32,000 nt of DNA from positions 720,001 to 752,000 of the forward strand of contig NZ_AP028907.1 of assembly GCF_036323395.1 (NCBI RefSeq), read 5' to 3'. This document shows, piece after piece, positions 18,234 to 26,556 of this stretch; position 1 is the first letter of the stretch, and each line of letters begins with the position of its first letter. Source of the DNA: Pyrodictium abyssi. Its GTDB lineage: Archaea > Thermoproteota > Thermoprotei_A > Sulfolobales > Pyrodictiaceae. The notes under the pieces were generated by a model that was not told the DNA's origin, did no database searches, and worked only from the letters and a program-made list of their open reading frames with translations. The position numbers were made by a program, and so were the translations under genes.

Positions 18234-18674
18234 TTAGCCCTGCTTCTTCGGGATAATTATCTCCACTATCTTGTTCGGCCTAACCTTCACATGCATACCG
18301 CTGGGGTCGGCATCCGGGGGTAGCGCGATTTCGTGCCTGTATAGTCGGAACTTCACCTCGCGGCCCAGGGATGTCCCGTAGACGTCGCTGAACCGTATCT
18401 CGCGCTCAAGCCTAGCCTCTAGGACTAGCCTGTCGTCGACGACACGGACTTCTAGGGACGAGGTGTCGGCAGCCGCTAGGTCTACTAGTATCGTGTAGCG
18501 GTCAGGGTACTCGTACATCGTGTATAGGGGCCGTAGGCTACCGTCGGGAGACCAGCCGTAGTGTACCGCCTCTTCCATCTCGTATAGCATCCGGTCAATT
18601 TCCTCCATTATTTTGCGCCGGAGCCTCTCCCACTCACGGCGCAGCTCCTCGTAGATGGACAAGACCGCCCACAC
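18234..18674 (-). CDS. Hsp20/alpha-crystallin-like small heat-shock protein
   Basis: PLYTMYEYPDRYTILVDLAAADTSSLEVRVVDDRLVLEARLE...RHEIALPPDADPSGMHVKVRPNKIVEIIIPK. Confidence 0.75.
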   Translation of the reverse strand: MWAVLSIYEELRREWERLRRKIMEEIDRMLYEMEEAVHYGWSPDGSLRPLYTMYEYPDRYTILVDLAAADTSSLEVRVVDDRLVLEARLEREIRFSDVYGTSLGREVKFRLYRHEIALPPDADPSGMHVKVRPNKIVEIIIPKKQG

Positions 18675-18679
18675 CCCCG

Positions 18680-19447
18680 CTAGGCGTACATTAGCGAGCT
18701 CGGTGTCTTCATCTCTGCCATGGTCTGCTTTGTCTGCTTCATGAGGCCCCGGAGCCTGATTCTTATCATCTCTGCCTGCTCTAGTAGCCTCTTTACGTCC
18801 ACCTCTATCCCGGTTAGCCTCGACACCACCGTGAGCACTTCCGCCGCTGCCTCGGGGTCGGGGAACTCCACGTAGGCGTCGGCGAGCAGCACTAGGTTTG
18901 CTACGCGGCTGCGTATAGCCTGCTTAAGTATCAGGGCATAGGGCCCGACTAGGTAGCCGTTCGCGAAGCTGTCTATGTTCAGGCCCTCTACTAGTTTCCG
19001 TGCCTTCTCGTTGCTGGCTATCCAGTATACACCAGGCTTCTCGAGGTTCAGCCGATTGGGCGACGCTATACCGACTATCGACATTATGTAGTCTATGCCC
19101 CTCTTCATAGCATAGTCTACCAGCAGCTTAGCCAGCGGGTATACGGCCTGCGGCGGTACCGGTGTCTCGGCCGAGACAGCCATTATATTGTCGCTCACGT
19201 ATATCCTTATAGGCGGCCTCACATAGCCCTTAGATATGACCGCTACCGGCGGCATCATAGAGAGTATGTCTATGCCTGCTACCTCCCTCATATTGAGAGA
19301 CTCCACTAGGTGGCTAGAGGAGATTACCCCCACCAGCCCGGTGTCGGGGAGCCCAAGCACCATGAAGCTAGGCTTCTTTAGCTCGAATTCCTCGTACTCC
19401 ATTAGGAGTAGACCATCCATCTCCTCCTCGTATATGGGGCGCGTCAA
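18680..19447 (-). CDS. PAC2 family (proteasome assembly chaperone-like) protein
   Basis: FMVLGLPDTGLVGVISSSHLVESLNM, NGYLVGPYALILKQAIRSRV, LLADAYVEFPDPEAAAEVLTVVSRLTG. Confidence 0.85.
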   Translation of the reverse strand: MTRPIYEEEMDGLLLMEYEEFELKKPSFMVLGLPDTGLVGVISSSHLVESLNMREVAGIDILSMMPPVAVISKGYVRPPIRIYVSDNIMAVSAETPVPPQAVYPLAKLLVDYAMKRGIDYIMSIVGIASPNRLNLEKPGVYWIASNEKARKLVEGLNIDSFANGYLVGPYALILKQAIRSRVANLVLLADAYVEFPDPEAAAEVLTVVSRLTGIEVDVKRLLEQAEMIRIRLRGLMKQTKQTMAEMKTPSSLMYA

Positions 19448-19698
19448 GGCCTATTCCACTCCTCTCCCGTATTGGGTTTAAGGCTGCTCCAAACGGGATA
19501 TGTATGCATACCCGGGGACGATTATTCTAGAGACATGTGATAGTCTAGCTGCCGTAGAGTCCCTGGATGAATAAGCTAGATGGGAGCTTGTGCTAAAGGC
19601 TCTTCCTCTGCAGCTATAGCGGAGGAGCCGCACTCCCTAGTACGGTGTCCGCCAGGGTGCCACCGGGGCTCGCATCCCCCGAGGGGCATGGCGGGCAG

Positions 19699-20049
19699 CT
19701 AGTACGCGATGCTGTGGATTTCCTCGAGCACTTCGCGCAGAGATACGTATGCCTCACGTGTGGCCCTAATTCTCGCACCAGCACGCATTAGTGTTAGTAT
19801 TGACCCGGCAATGCGTGGCGCGACCACGTATAACGGCGCCCCGGCAGCGAGGGTAGCTGCGGCTGACGGTATCCCCGCGACAGCTGCTACCAGCCTAAGC
19901 CTCTCACCTCTACTCATGTACACGCCCTCTATGGATCCTCTCACTATCTCCATGCCCTTGGCCGCCTCTCTGACGCCGTTTGCCAGTTCACGGTACGACT
20001 CTGCTAGCTCGGCAGCAACCATGGCTGTTGTCCTGGCATTTCTGTCCAC
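19699..20049 (-). CDS. Hypothetical protein with a hydrophobic central region
   Basis: 116 aa, helical ends flanking LVAAVAGIPSAAATLAAGAPLYVVAPRIAGSILTLM. Confidence 0.55.
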   Translation of the reverse strand: MDRNARTTAMVAAELAESYRELANGVREAAKGMEIVRGSIEGVYMSRGERLRLVAAVAGIPSAAATLAAGAPLYVVAPRIAGSILTLMRAGARIRATREAYVSLREVLEEIHSIAY

Positions 20050-20304
20050 GTTCCCACCCCATTACACTATGTTATTCTGAGCGTGTCACGGCGTAAAGCA
20101 GGCACGGGCTGATGCTACTCGGGTGTTACCAGGACTACCGGCCAGAGACCTGCCACAGTGAGCCGCCACAAATCCGCGGCCGAAGCACCCAGTCCACTGC
20201 AATAATAATGATTCACGTGGCCATCAAAGACGCGTAATGCTTCTCAAACACGTTTTAGTGCTCGGCCTGCTCCCGGGGCTCATGACGAGAGGCCGGGCAG
20301 AGCC

Positions 20305-20631
20305 ATGGTCGAGGTATCCATAACTTCACGCGACGACGATGCTGCGGCCTGGTATAACGACGGTGTTATATACATAAATGTTAGGTGGCTCCAGCTGGAA
20401 GAAGAGGCAGAATGGTTTATCGACGAGAGCTTTATCCACGAGTATGTAGAGCACGTCCTAGGGCTAGGCCACGAGAGCGCCGTCTTCGTCGAGAACGTTC
20501 TTCGGGACAACCTCTACAGGGAGTGGTACGGAGTGAATCCTACACAGATGCTCTACAGCAGCCCCAGCAGCATACAGGCTAGTAGAGCATCTTTACAGCC
20601 TGAGCGTGAGGTACTCCAGCCACACGTATAA
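20305..20631 (+). CDS. Small protein with metalloprotease-like HEYVEHVLGLGHE motif
   Basis: 108 aa, ATG start, VIYINVRWL...FIDESFIHEYVEHVLGLGHESAVFVENVLRDNLY. Converges with and overlaps the DUF424 gene. Confidence 0.6.
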   Translation: MVEVSITSRDDDAAAWYNDGVIYINVRWLQLEEEAEWFIDESFIHEYVEHVLGLGHESAVFVENVLRDNLYREWYGVNPTQMLYSSPSSIQASRASLQPEREVLQPHV

Positions 20632-20914
20632 CCGCTTCCGGGTGCACTAGCCCCTCCTTTATAGCGGCGTTCACAACGTTCTCCCCTACGAGGTTGAGTA
20701 CCGTGGCTTCACGTGCCTTGTTCATAGCGTAGCTCAGCGGTACTAGTTGTCCTCCGTAGAACCTCTCGTTGACGTGTAACACCAGCTTCCCGTCCACTAG
20801 CTTTACCCCCAGCAGGTCCTGGTCACACATGGCTACTATCTTCTCGCCATGCGCCTCGATTATGTTTATGTAGACCAGCGGCTCAGCATCCTCCGGCATA
20901 CTGGCGTCCTCCAC
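20579..20914 (-). CDS. DUF424 family protein
   Basis: EKIVAMCDQDLLGVKLVDGKLVLHVNERFYGGQLV...ATVLNLVGENVVNAAIKEGLVHPEAVIRVAGVPHAQAVKM is characteristic. Confidence 0.88.
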   Translation of the reverse strand: MEDASMPEDAEPLVYINIIEAHGEKIVAMCDQDLLGVKLVDGKLVLHVNERFYGGQLVPLSYAMNKAREATVLNLVGENVVNAAIKEGLVHPEAVIRVAGVPHAQAVKMLY

Positions 20915-20989
20915 CCTAGCGTAGAGTGGCCCCGGCCCGAGGAGATTAATTAGTCGCTAGGCGGGAGAGGCTGTAGCGGGGGTTCGACA

Positions 20990-21439
20990 TTGAGCCAGCC
21001 CGCAAACAGTGAAGCGCTAAAGCTGATATACGATTACGATTACCTGCTGCAGAGGCTCTATTCGAGACTACCGGCTAGGACTGCCAAGGCCTCGCGATTC
21101 GAGCTACCAAAGCTCATGGTGGAGAGGATAGGCACGAAGACTGTTATAAGGAACTTTAAGCAGCTTGCCGACGTTATGAGAAGAGAGCCGCGGCTGGTTA
21201 TGAGGTATCTACTGAAGGAGCTGGGTACAAGCGGCAACTACGACGAGGAGAATGGTATGCTACTCATAAACGCCAAGGTGTCTAGTGCTACGCTGAACAA
21301 CCTCGTACAGAGGTTCGTCAAGACCTACGTGATATGCCCGACTTGCGGTGCTCCGGATACGAGGCTAGAGCGCCGGGGGAAGGCGTGGATACTAGCGTGC
21401 GACGCATGCGGCGCCGAGCAGCCGGTACCACCGCTATAG
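20990..21439 (+). CDS. Translation initiation factor aIF2 beta subunit
   Basis: YLLQRLYSRLP, RIGTKTVIRNFKQLADVMRREPRLVMRYLLKELGTSG, YVICPTCGAPDTRLERRGKAWILACDACGAEQPV. Confidence 0.96.
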   Translation: MSQPANSEALKLIYDYDYLLQRLYSRLPARTAKASRFELPKLMVERIGTKTVIRNFKQLADVMRREPRLVMRYLLKELGTSGNYDEENGMLLINAKVSSATLNNLVQRFVKTYVICPTCGAPDTRLERRGKAWILACDACGAEQPVPPL

Positions 21440-21541
21440 CGCTCTAATAGAGAGCTGGGCCTCCTATCCTCCTACTTCTACTCTGGTACGTGATTTAACT
21501 CCCTCCCGTGGCTGTGTAGTAGAGTTTGGGTAGGATGCTCT

Positions 21542-22432
21542 TTGCCGGGAAAGCTGATACTACTCGGCCAGTACCCCCCTACGGTGGTCCTCGATCCCGG
21601 CCAGAATCTCCTTGAAGCCCTCCTGGCCCTTGACCAGAGGGGAGTACGCCACGCGGTTGTTGTAGACAGCGATGGCCGGCTCCAGGGAATACTATCTATA
21701 CGCCGTATACTCTCGTTTATAGAGAGGCGCCTAGCCTCTGGTGGCGTATACGAGGGACTGAAGCAGACAAGGGTAGCCGATGTTATGTGGCATAACCCGC
21801 CACGTGTAGTCCTAGGGGAATTCGGCATAGAGGACGTCATATACATACTGTCTAGGCTGAACGTCGGCGCGATAACGGTGGTAGACAAGGACGAGAGAGT
21901 ACTCGGAATAATCTCCGAGAAGCACATAACGGGGATAATGGCGCTAGCCGAGATACACGTAGCCGTACACGAAGTCATGACGAAACCTGCTAAGAGCCTC
22001 AGTACCGGTTCAAAGCTTCGAGAGGCCATAGAGCTTATGGCTATCCACAGACACCGCCACATACCCATAGTCGGTGACGGTGGCCGTGTAGCGGCTATGC
22101 TCACAGCACGCGACGTGCTAGACTATATAGCTCTAGAGACTACCCTAGACAAGCTAGCAGAAGGGCTAGACGAGGAAGTATTCAACACCCCCGTGACACA
22201 TGTGGCCACCGGCGCTCCTGCAACAGTAGAGCCCGAGGCAGATGTCAGCAAAGCGCTCAGGCTAATGCGTAAGAGAGGCATCAGTGGCCTACCAGTAGTC
22301 AACCGGGACGGAGAACTCGAAGGCATAATAACCGAGCGGGACATAGTGATAAAGATGCCGAAGCTTGTCGGCACCGAGCTATTCTACGACTACGCGCGTT
22401 CACGCCTATACGTCGCCAGGGTAGTCTTCTAG
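21542..22432 (+). CDS. CBS domain-containing protein (four CBS repeats)
   Basis: Repeated pattern GVRHAVVVDSDGRLQGILSIRR, VGAITVVDKDERVLGIISEKHI, HRHIPIVGDGGRVAAMLTARDVL, ISGLPVVNRDGELEGIITERDI. Confidence 0.92.
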   Translation: MPGKLILLGQYPPTVVLDPGQNLLEALLALDQRGVRHAVVVDSDGRLQGILSIRRILSFIERRLASGGVYEGLKQTRVADVMWHNPPRVVLGEFGIEDVIYILSRLNVGAITVVDKDERVLGIISEKHITGIMALAEIHVAVHEVMTKPAKSLSTGSKLREAIELMAIHRHRHIPIVGDGGRVAAMLTARDVLDYIALETTLDKLAEGLDEEVFNTPVTHVATGAPATVEPEADVSKALRLMRKRGISGLPVVNRDGELEGIITERDIVIKMPKLVGTELFYDYARSRLYVARVVF

Positions 22433-22614
22433 ACCCCCAGGAGCGCCCTTTACCGGGGCCCGGGGAGGCCCCTAGAGGCCTACATTGTTTGGCTGCGCCG
22501 CACTCACATGCCTCCACTATAGCCGCCTAATCCATGCCCGGGTCATGCTAGGGACTTAACCAACCTCGTACGTACACACGTGCCTGTGCACGGAGAAGTA
22601 GGAGCTAGGGCTGG

Positions 22615-23349
22615 GTGGCAAACGCTGTGTATAGGGCGCTACTCGCTAAGCTGCTGAGAGCCTGGCTAGCAGCCGACAGGATGCCGGAGCACGTGGCTAT
22701 AATCCCCGATGGCAACCGGCGCTGGGCTCGTAGGAGAGGGCTTCCGCCAGCAGCCGGGCATGCCCGGGGGTACCAGGTTGCAAAGAAGACGCTCGACCTG
22801 CTGTGGAGCCTGGGCGTCAGGAACGTTACCTTCTATGCATTGTCCAGGGAGAATTGCCTCTACCGCTCCCGCGAGGAGCTGGAAAACATACACAAGCTGC
22901 TCAGCCGCGCCGTGGACGAGCTGCTACGCGATAAGCGTGTTGAAAGCGGGCAGACGCGTGTATTCTTCGGCGGCGACATGTCCCTACTACCTGCCTGGCT
23001 CGTAGAGCGTATAGAGGAGATAAACCGGGCTACAGCGGGTAACGGCCCCTACACTCTCGCTATAGCTGTGTGCTATAGCGGGCGCTGGGAGGTAGAGGAT
23101 GCTGTACGGCGTAGCTGCAGAGGCGGCGAGATAGGGGACATCCGGGGGAGCATGGTCTTCGGTTGGCTTCCGGAGCCAGACCTACTGATAAGGACTGGCG
23201 GGGAGATGCGGCTTAGCGGCTTCCTTCTCTACCACATAGCCTACACGGAGCTGTACTTCACCCGCCGCTTGTGGCCTGAGTTTGACGAGGCTGAGCTGTA
23301 TCGTGCTCTCCTCTCTTTTCAGAGGAGGGAGCGGAGGTTCGGAAGATAG
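22615..23349 (+). CDS. uppS: cis-prenyltransferase (polyprenyl diphosphate synthase, UppS family)
   Basis: PEHVAIIPDGNRRWARRRGLPPAAGHARG, VTFYALSRENCLYRSREEL, LLIRTGGEMRLSGFLLYHIAYTELYFT, SFQRRERRFG. Confidence 0.95.
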   Translation: MANAVYRALLAKLLRAWLAADRMPEHVAIIPDGNRRWARRRGLPPAAGHARGYQVAKKTLDLLWSLGVRNVTFYALSRENCLYRSREELENIHKLLSRAVDELLRDKRVESGQTRVFFGGDMSLLPAWLVERIEEINRATAGNGPYTLAIAVCYSGRWEVEDAVRRSCRGGEIGDIRGSMVFGWLPEPDLLIRTGGEMRLSGFLLYHIAYTELYFTRRLWPEFDEAELYRALLSFQRRERRFGR

Positions 23350-24415
23350 AGCGCTCGAGCATCCTAGCTAGCTGCCAGACTACGGCAACGAGCATCACTG
23401 ACGCCACGGCGTAGAGCGCGAAGTTGCTCGCTATAAGCGCTTGTATGAACTCGCCTAGGCTGAGGCTAGTCATCATGTTCAGTGCTGAGGCTATCGTGTC
23501 GAGCAGCACGACGGCCACTATAACCGTGGCTATGGATACTAGCTCCCTTGTGAGCTTTAAGCTGCCCGATACGAACTTAGACGCTGCATGGCCTAGTATT
23601 GCAATGCTAGCCGCGAACCCTAGTAGCCCGGTGACGCCGCGCAAGGTCTCAGCAAGCTCGTCGGGGGTTATACTGCGGGCGTTCATGAGTTGTGTAGCTG
23701 CGAGACCTATGGCAAGGGCTACTGAGAGGCCAGCCGTAGCGTAGGAGACCAGTGTCACCGGCGTCTCCGTCAACGTCTTGACTATCTTGTCCTCGAGGTC
23801 GAAGCCCCTGATAATCATGGCTACACCAGCGACCATGAATACCAGTAGGAGTGCCTCCCGGAGCATGTTCATTAGAGCTAACGCGGAGAACATGACGAGT
23901 ATTATCCCGGGGACGCCGAGGAACATCCGCGAGAATCTCGGCTCGGTCATCACCTTGCGCAGGTACTTGACGAACAAGACATAGGTCTCTTCAACCCCCC
24001 TTAGCTGTTTTATAACGAGCCGGTGCACGCCGTAGACGGGGACAATGGAGGCTACCATAGGGACTAGAAGCTCGTCTTCAGACCCATCAGATACTACTAT
24101 AACGCCATCGGGCTTGTACTCTTCTATGAGCTTCTCCAGCTCTTGGCGTGCATGCATGCTGGCCTCTGCTCCGCCAAGCCCGCTACCAGCTATGGCTGCT
24201 GGCTCGGCTTCGTAGCCCTTACGGCGGAGCTCGTCTGCTAGCTTGACCGCCGCAAATAGAACGTTCGCGTCCGAGTCCTCGGGGTCGTAGAGTGCGAAAC
24301 GTATGGCCGCGTCTAGCACCTGCTCCCGGCCTAGTATGGGTGTGGATATACCTGCACGGCCTAAATCGTTGTCCAGGTCAACTGCCAGCACTAGTACTCT
24401 CTTCTGGTACTTCAT
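23258..24415 (-). CDS. DUF373 family membrane protein
   Basis: KRVLVLAVDLDNDLGRAGISTPILGREQVLDAAIRFALYDPEDSDANVLFAAVKLADEL, EYKPDGVIVVSDGSEDELLVPMV, multiple TM segments. Confidence 0.9.
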   Translation of the reverse strand: MKYQKRVLVLAVDLDNDLGRAGISTPILGREQVLDAAIRFALYDPEDSDANVLFAAVKLADELRRKGYEAEPAAIAGSGLGGAEASMHARQELEKLIEEYKPDGVIVVSDGSEDELLVPMVASIVPVYGVHRLVIKQLRGVEETYVLFVKYLRKVMTEPRFSRMFLGVPGIILVMFSALALMNMLREALLLVFMVAGVAMIIRGFDLEDKIVKTLTETPVTLVSYATAGLSVALAIGLAATQLMNARSITPDELAETLRGVTGLLGFAASIAILGHAASKFVSGSLKLTRELVSIATVIVAVVLLDTIASALNMMTSLSLGEFIQALIASNFALYAVASVMLVAVVWQLARMLERSIFRTSAPSSEKRGEHDTAQPRQTQATSGG

Positions 24416-25376
24416 TACCCTCTTCCTCTAGCTCGTCTAGCTGTGTCGCGTACAGTAGCTTCAGCTCTTCTAGTGTTAGCGGCTCGCCACGTTTAAGCTT
24501 CTCTTCTACCTGGCGTTTCTTCTCAGCGTATATCTGCAGTATCTTCTCGCGCTCCCTGCCAGTGTATATGCTCTTTAGCTGCTGGCTCAGCTGCCTAAGC
24601 TCCTGCACCTTACTGTTTATCTCCTCGCGGAGCTCGTCTATCTCGCGGCTCTTCTCCTCTATGGTCTTCGTGAGCTCGTCTATCTTAGAGCTGAGCGACT
24701 CCAGCTCCTGCCGTAGAGTGTTTATGCGCTCGTCTATACGGGATATGCGTTCGCTACGGGCGCGTATCTCCTCGCCGTAGCTGCGTAGCTGGAGGCGGAG
24801 CCCCATTAGCTCGGCGTGCTTCTCGGCTAGCTCCTGGAGGAGCTGCCTCGCCTCCATGGTCTTCTGGAGCAGCGCCTCGAGCCTAGTTATCTCGTCTATT
24901 ATCTCCTTCTCCTGCTGCGGTGTGAGGATCTGTGTCTGCTGGCGCCACTCAAGCTCCTCTATGCGCCGGCGGATAGCGTTTATACTGCGGCGCGCCAAGG
25001 GCCTAAGCTCTGCTGCTATACGCTTCTGCTGCTCGAGCTCGTTCACGGCAGCGCGCAGCTTCTCTAGAAGCTCGCGGCGCTTCTGCCGGAGGTTACGAAC
25101 CTCCTCGACTAGCTGGCGGCGCTTCTCCCGGAGCTGTCTTATTTGCTCGCGGAGCTGCTTCGCACGCTCTATAAGCTGGCGCCTTTCCTGGCGGAGGCCG
25201 CGGACCTCTTCTATCATGCTGTAGCGCTTCTCCTTGAGCTGCTTGATCTCCTCGCGCAGGGCTGTTATCCTGTCAAGTATCTCCTTCTCGGATGCCTCAA
25301 TGATGCCTGGCTGCAAGGGCGCATCAACCCTTCGCGGAGGAGTGCTTGCTATTGGCGCCGGGAGTGAACCGTGCAC
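24378..25376 (-). CDS. Long coiled-coil protein, COG1340-like
   Basis: 332 aa, nearly continuous heptad-like E/K/R/L sequence. Start codon may be internal to the track ORF. Confidence 0.78.
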   Translation of the reverse strand: MHGSLPAPIASTPPRRVDAPLQPGIIEASEKEILDRITALREEIKQLKEKRYSMIEEVRGLRQERRQLIERAKQLREQIRQLREKRRQLVEEVRNLRQKRRELLEKLRAAVNELEQQKRIAAELRPLARRSINAIRRRIEELEWRQQTQILTPQQEKEIIDEITRLEALLQKTMEARQLLQELAEKHAELMGLRLQLRSYGEEIRARSERISRIDERINTLRQELESLSSKIDELTKTIEEKSREIDELREEINSKVQELRQLSQQLKSIYTGREREKILQIYAEKKRQVEEKLKRGEPLTLEELKLLYATQLDELEEEGNEVPEESTSAGS

Positions 25377-25396
25377 CTGGAGCTATATTACTGCTT

Positions 25397-25807
25397 TTAG
25401 GGCTCACGCACGCTGCGGCGCTGGTAGAGGAGCCTTCTCAGGGTACGCGTCCTGCCCTCGAAGATCGTCTCGAGGAGTACATCCACGAGCTTCTCGCCGT
25501 CGAGAGCTGCGGAGAGGTCGTGGTATCTCCCGCTACGCCTAGCTATCTCGACTGCTACTAGGTGGTAGCAAGGCTCCTCCGTCTCCTGGCCAACAACCCG
25601 TATAGTGAAGTGGGAGCAGCTGCAATACGTTCCGGGTATAACCACGTAGTCGGACTCGCGCCCCAGGACTATCCACAACTCCACCGGGCTGGTTGAGACG
25701 CGTATAGCGCGCATCTCCCTAGCCGCGGCCGCTTCCGCGCCCTTCCCCTCCTCGCCCCGCTCCCTAATGCGGCGTCTAAGCTCGCTAAGGCGGCTCGCCA
25801 TGGTCAA
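25397..25807 (-). CDS. SWIM-type zinc-finger protein
   Basis: CSCSHFTIRVVGQETEEPCYHLVAVEIA fits CxCx(n)CxH. Overlaps rpiA stop by 4 nt. Confidence 0.75.
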   Translation of the reverse strand: MTMASRLSELRRRIRERGEEGKGAEAAAAREMRAIRVSTSPVELWIVLGRESDYVVIPGTYCSCSHFTIRVVGQETEEPCYHLVAVEIARRSGRYHDLSAALDGEKLVDVLLETIFEGRTRTLRRLLYQRRSVREP

Positions 25808-26556
25808 AGTGCTGGGTTCCTCCTAGTCCTTCTACAGCTGTAGACTGCTGCGCCTCCTTCACCCCTACCCACTACCACAGCGTCGGCGTAGCCTATGAAG
25901 AGCCCGTGGCCTACCACGCCCGGCAGCCGGTCAAGGAGCGCCTCGTACTGGCTCGGCTCGACGACGCCCCAGGGCCAAGTGTCCACTACGATGCCGGAGT
26001 TATCGGTGAGCGCTGGTCCGTCGCGGCAGCCACAGCCGCTTCTGACCTCCGCCCGCACCCCCAAGGCGTTGAGCTCGTCCAGGAGGGCTTCGAGCGCGTA
26101 TTCTAGCACCTCTACGGGGACGGGCTTACCCTTCTCGCCGAGACTACTCGAGACCTTGCTCTCGTCCACGACTATCACGGTGTAGCGGCTGTTGTAGGCT
26201 AGTATCTTCTCGCGCACCATGGCCGCTCCGCGGCCCTTGACAAGCATGCACTCGCCGTCCCCGATCGCTACCTCGTCTGCGCCGTCAAAGTAGACGTCTA
26301 GCCCGCCTCTCGGCGTGTAGCTGTACGCTTCGACGCCGTATCTTCTGAGCATGAGGAGTGTTGCTAGGCTGGACGCGTAGACTCTAGCCGTCCTCATTGC
26401 GCGGGCGAGCCCCGGGTCATCCATTATCAGCTCTACTATCTTGGCTACCGTGGAGCCCGTGCCCACGCCTATCCTAGTCGCGTTCGCTAGCCTATCGCGG
26501 AGGAGGCCCAGCGCCTTCTCTGCCGCAACCTGCTTAGCGTAGCTAACACTCAACAA
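25804..26556 (-). CDS. rpiA: Ribose-5-phosphate isomerase A
   Basis: RIGVGTGSTVAKIVELI, YFDGADEVA, MLVKGRGAAMVREKILA, VVDESKVSSSLGEKGKPVPVEV, DNSGIVVDTWPWGV. Confidence 0.94.
   Translation of the reverse strand: MLSVSYAKQVAAEKALGLLRDRLANATRIGVGTGSTVAKIVELIMDDPGLARAMRTARVYASSLATLLMLRRYGVEAYSYTPRGGLDVYFDGADEVAIGDGECMLVKGRGAAMVREKILAYNSRYTVIVVDESKVSSSLGEKGKPVPVEVLEYALEALLDELNALGVRAEVRSGCGCRDGPALTDNSGIVVDTWPWGVVEPSQYEALLDRLPGVVGHGLFIGYADAVVVGRGEGGAAVYSCRRTRRNPAL

Noticed and set aside
21478-22104. 208-aa minus-strand ORF
   Set aside because: Antisense shadow of the clear CBS-domain gene at 21542-22432, with low-complexity S/T/R-rich translation.
24292-24780. 162-aa plus-strand ORF rich in Ser
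   Set aside because: Antisense to the coiled-coil gene; runs of Ser arise from the complement of GAG/GAG-type codons.
24378-25376. Repetitive appearance of the coiled-coil region as a possible DNA repeat array
   Set aside because: The recurring GAGCT/CTCGCG-type words come from heptad coding of Glu/Leu/Arg. No unit repeats with constant length.
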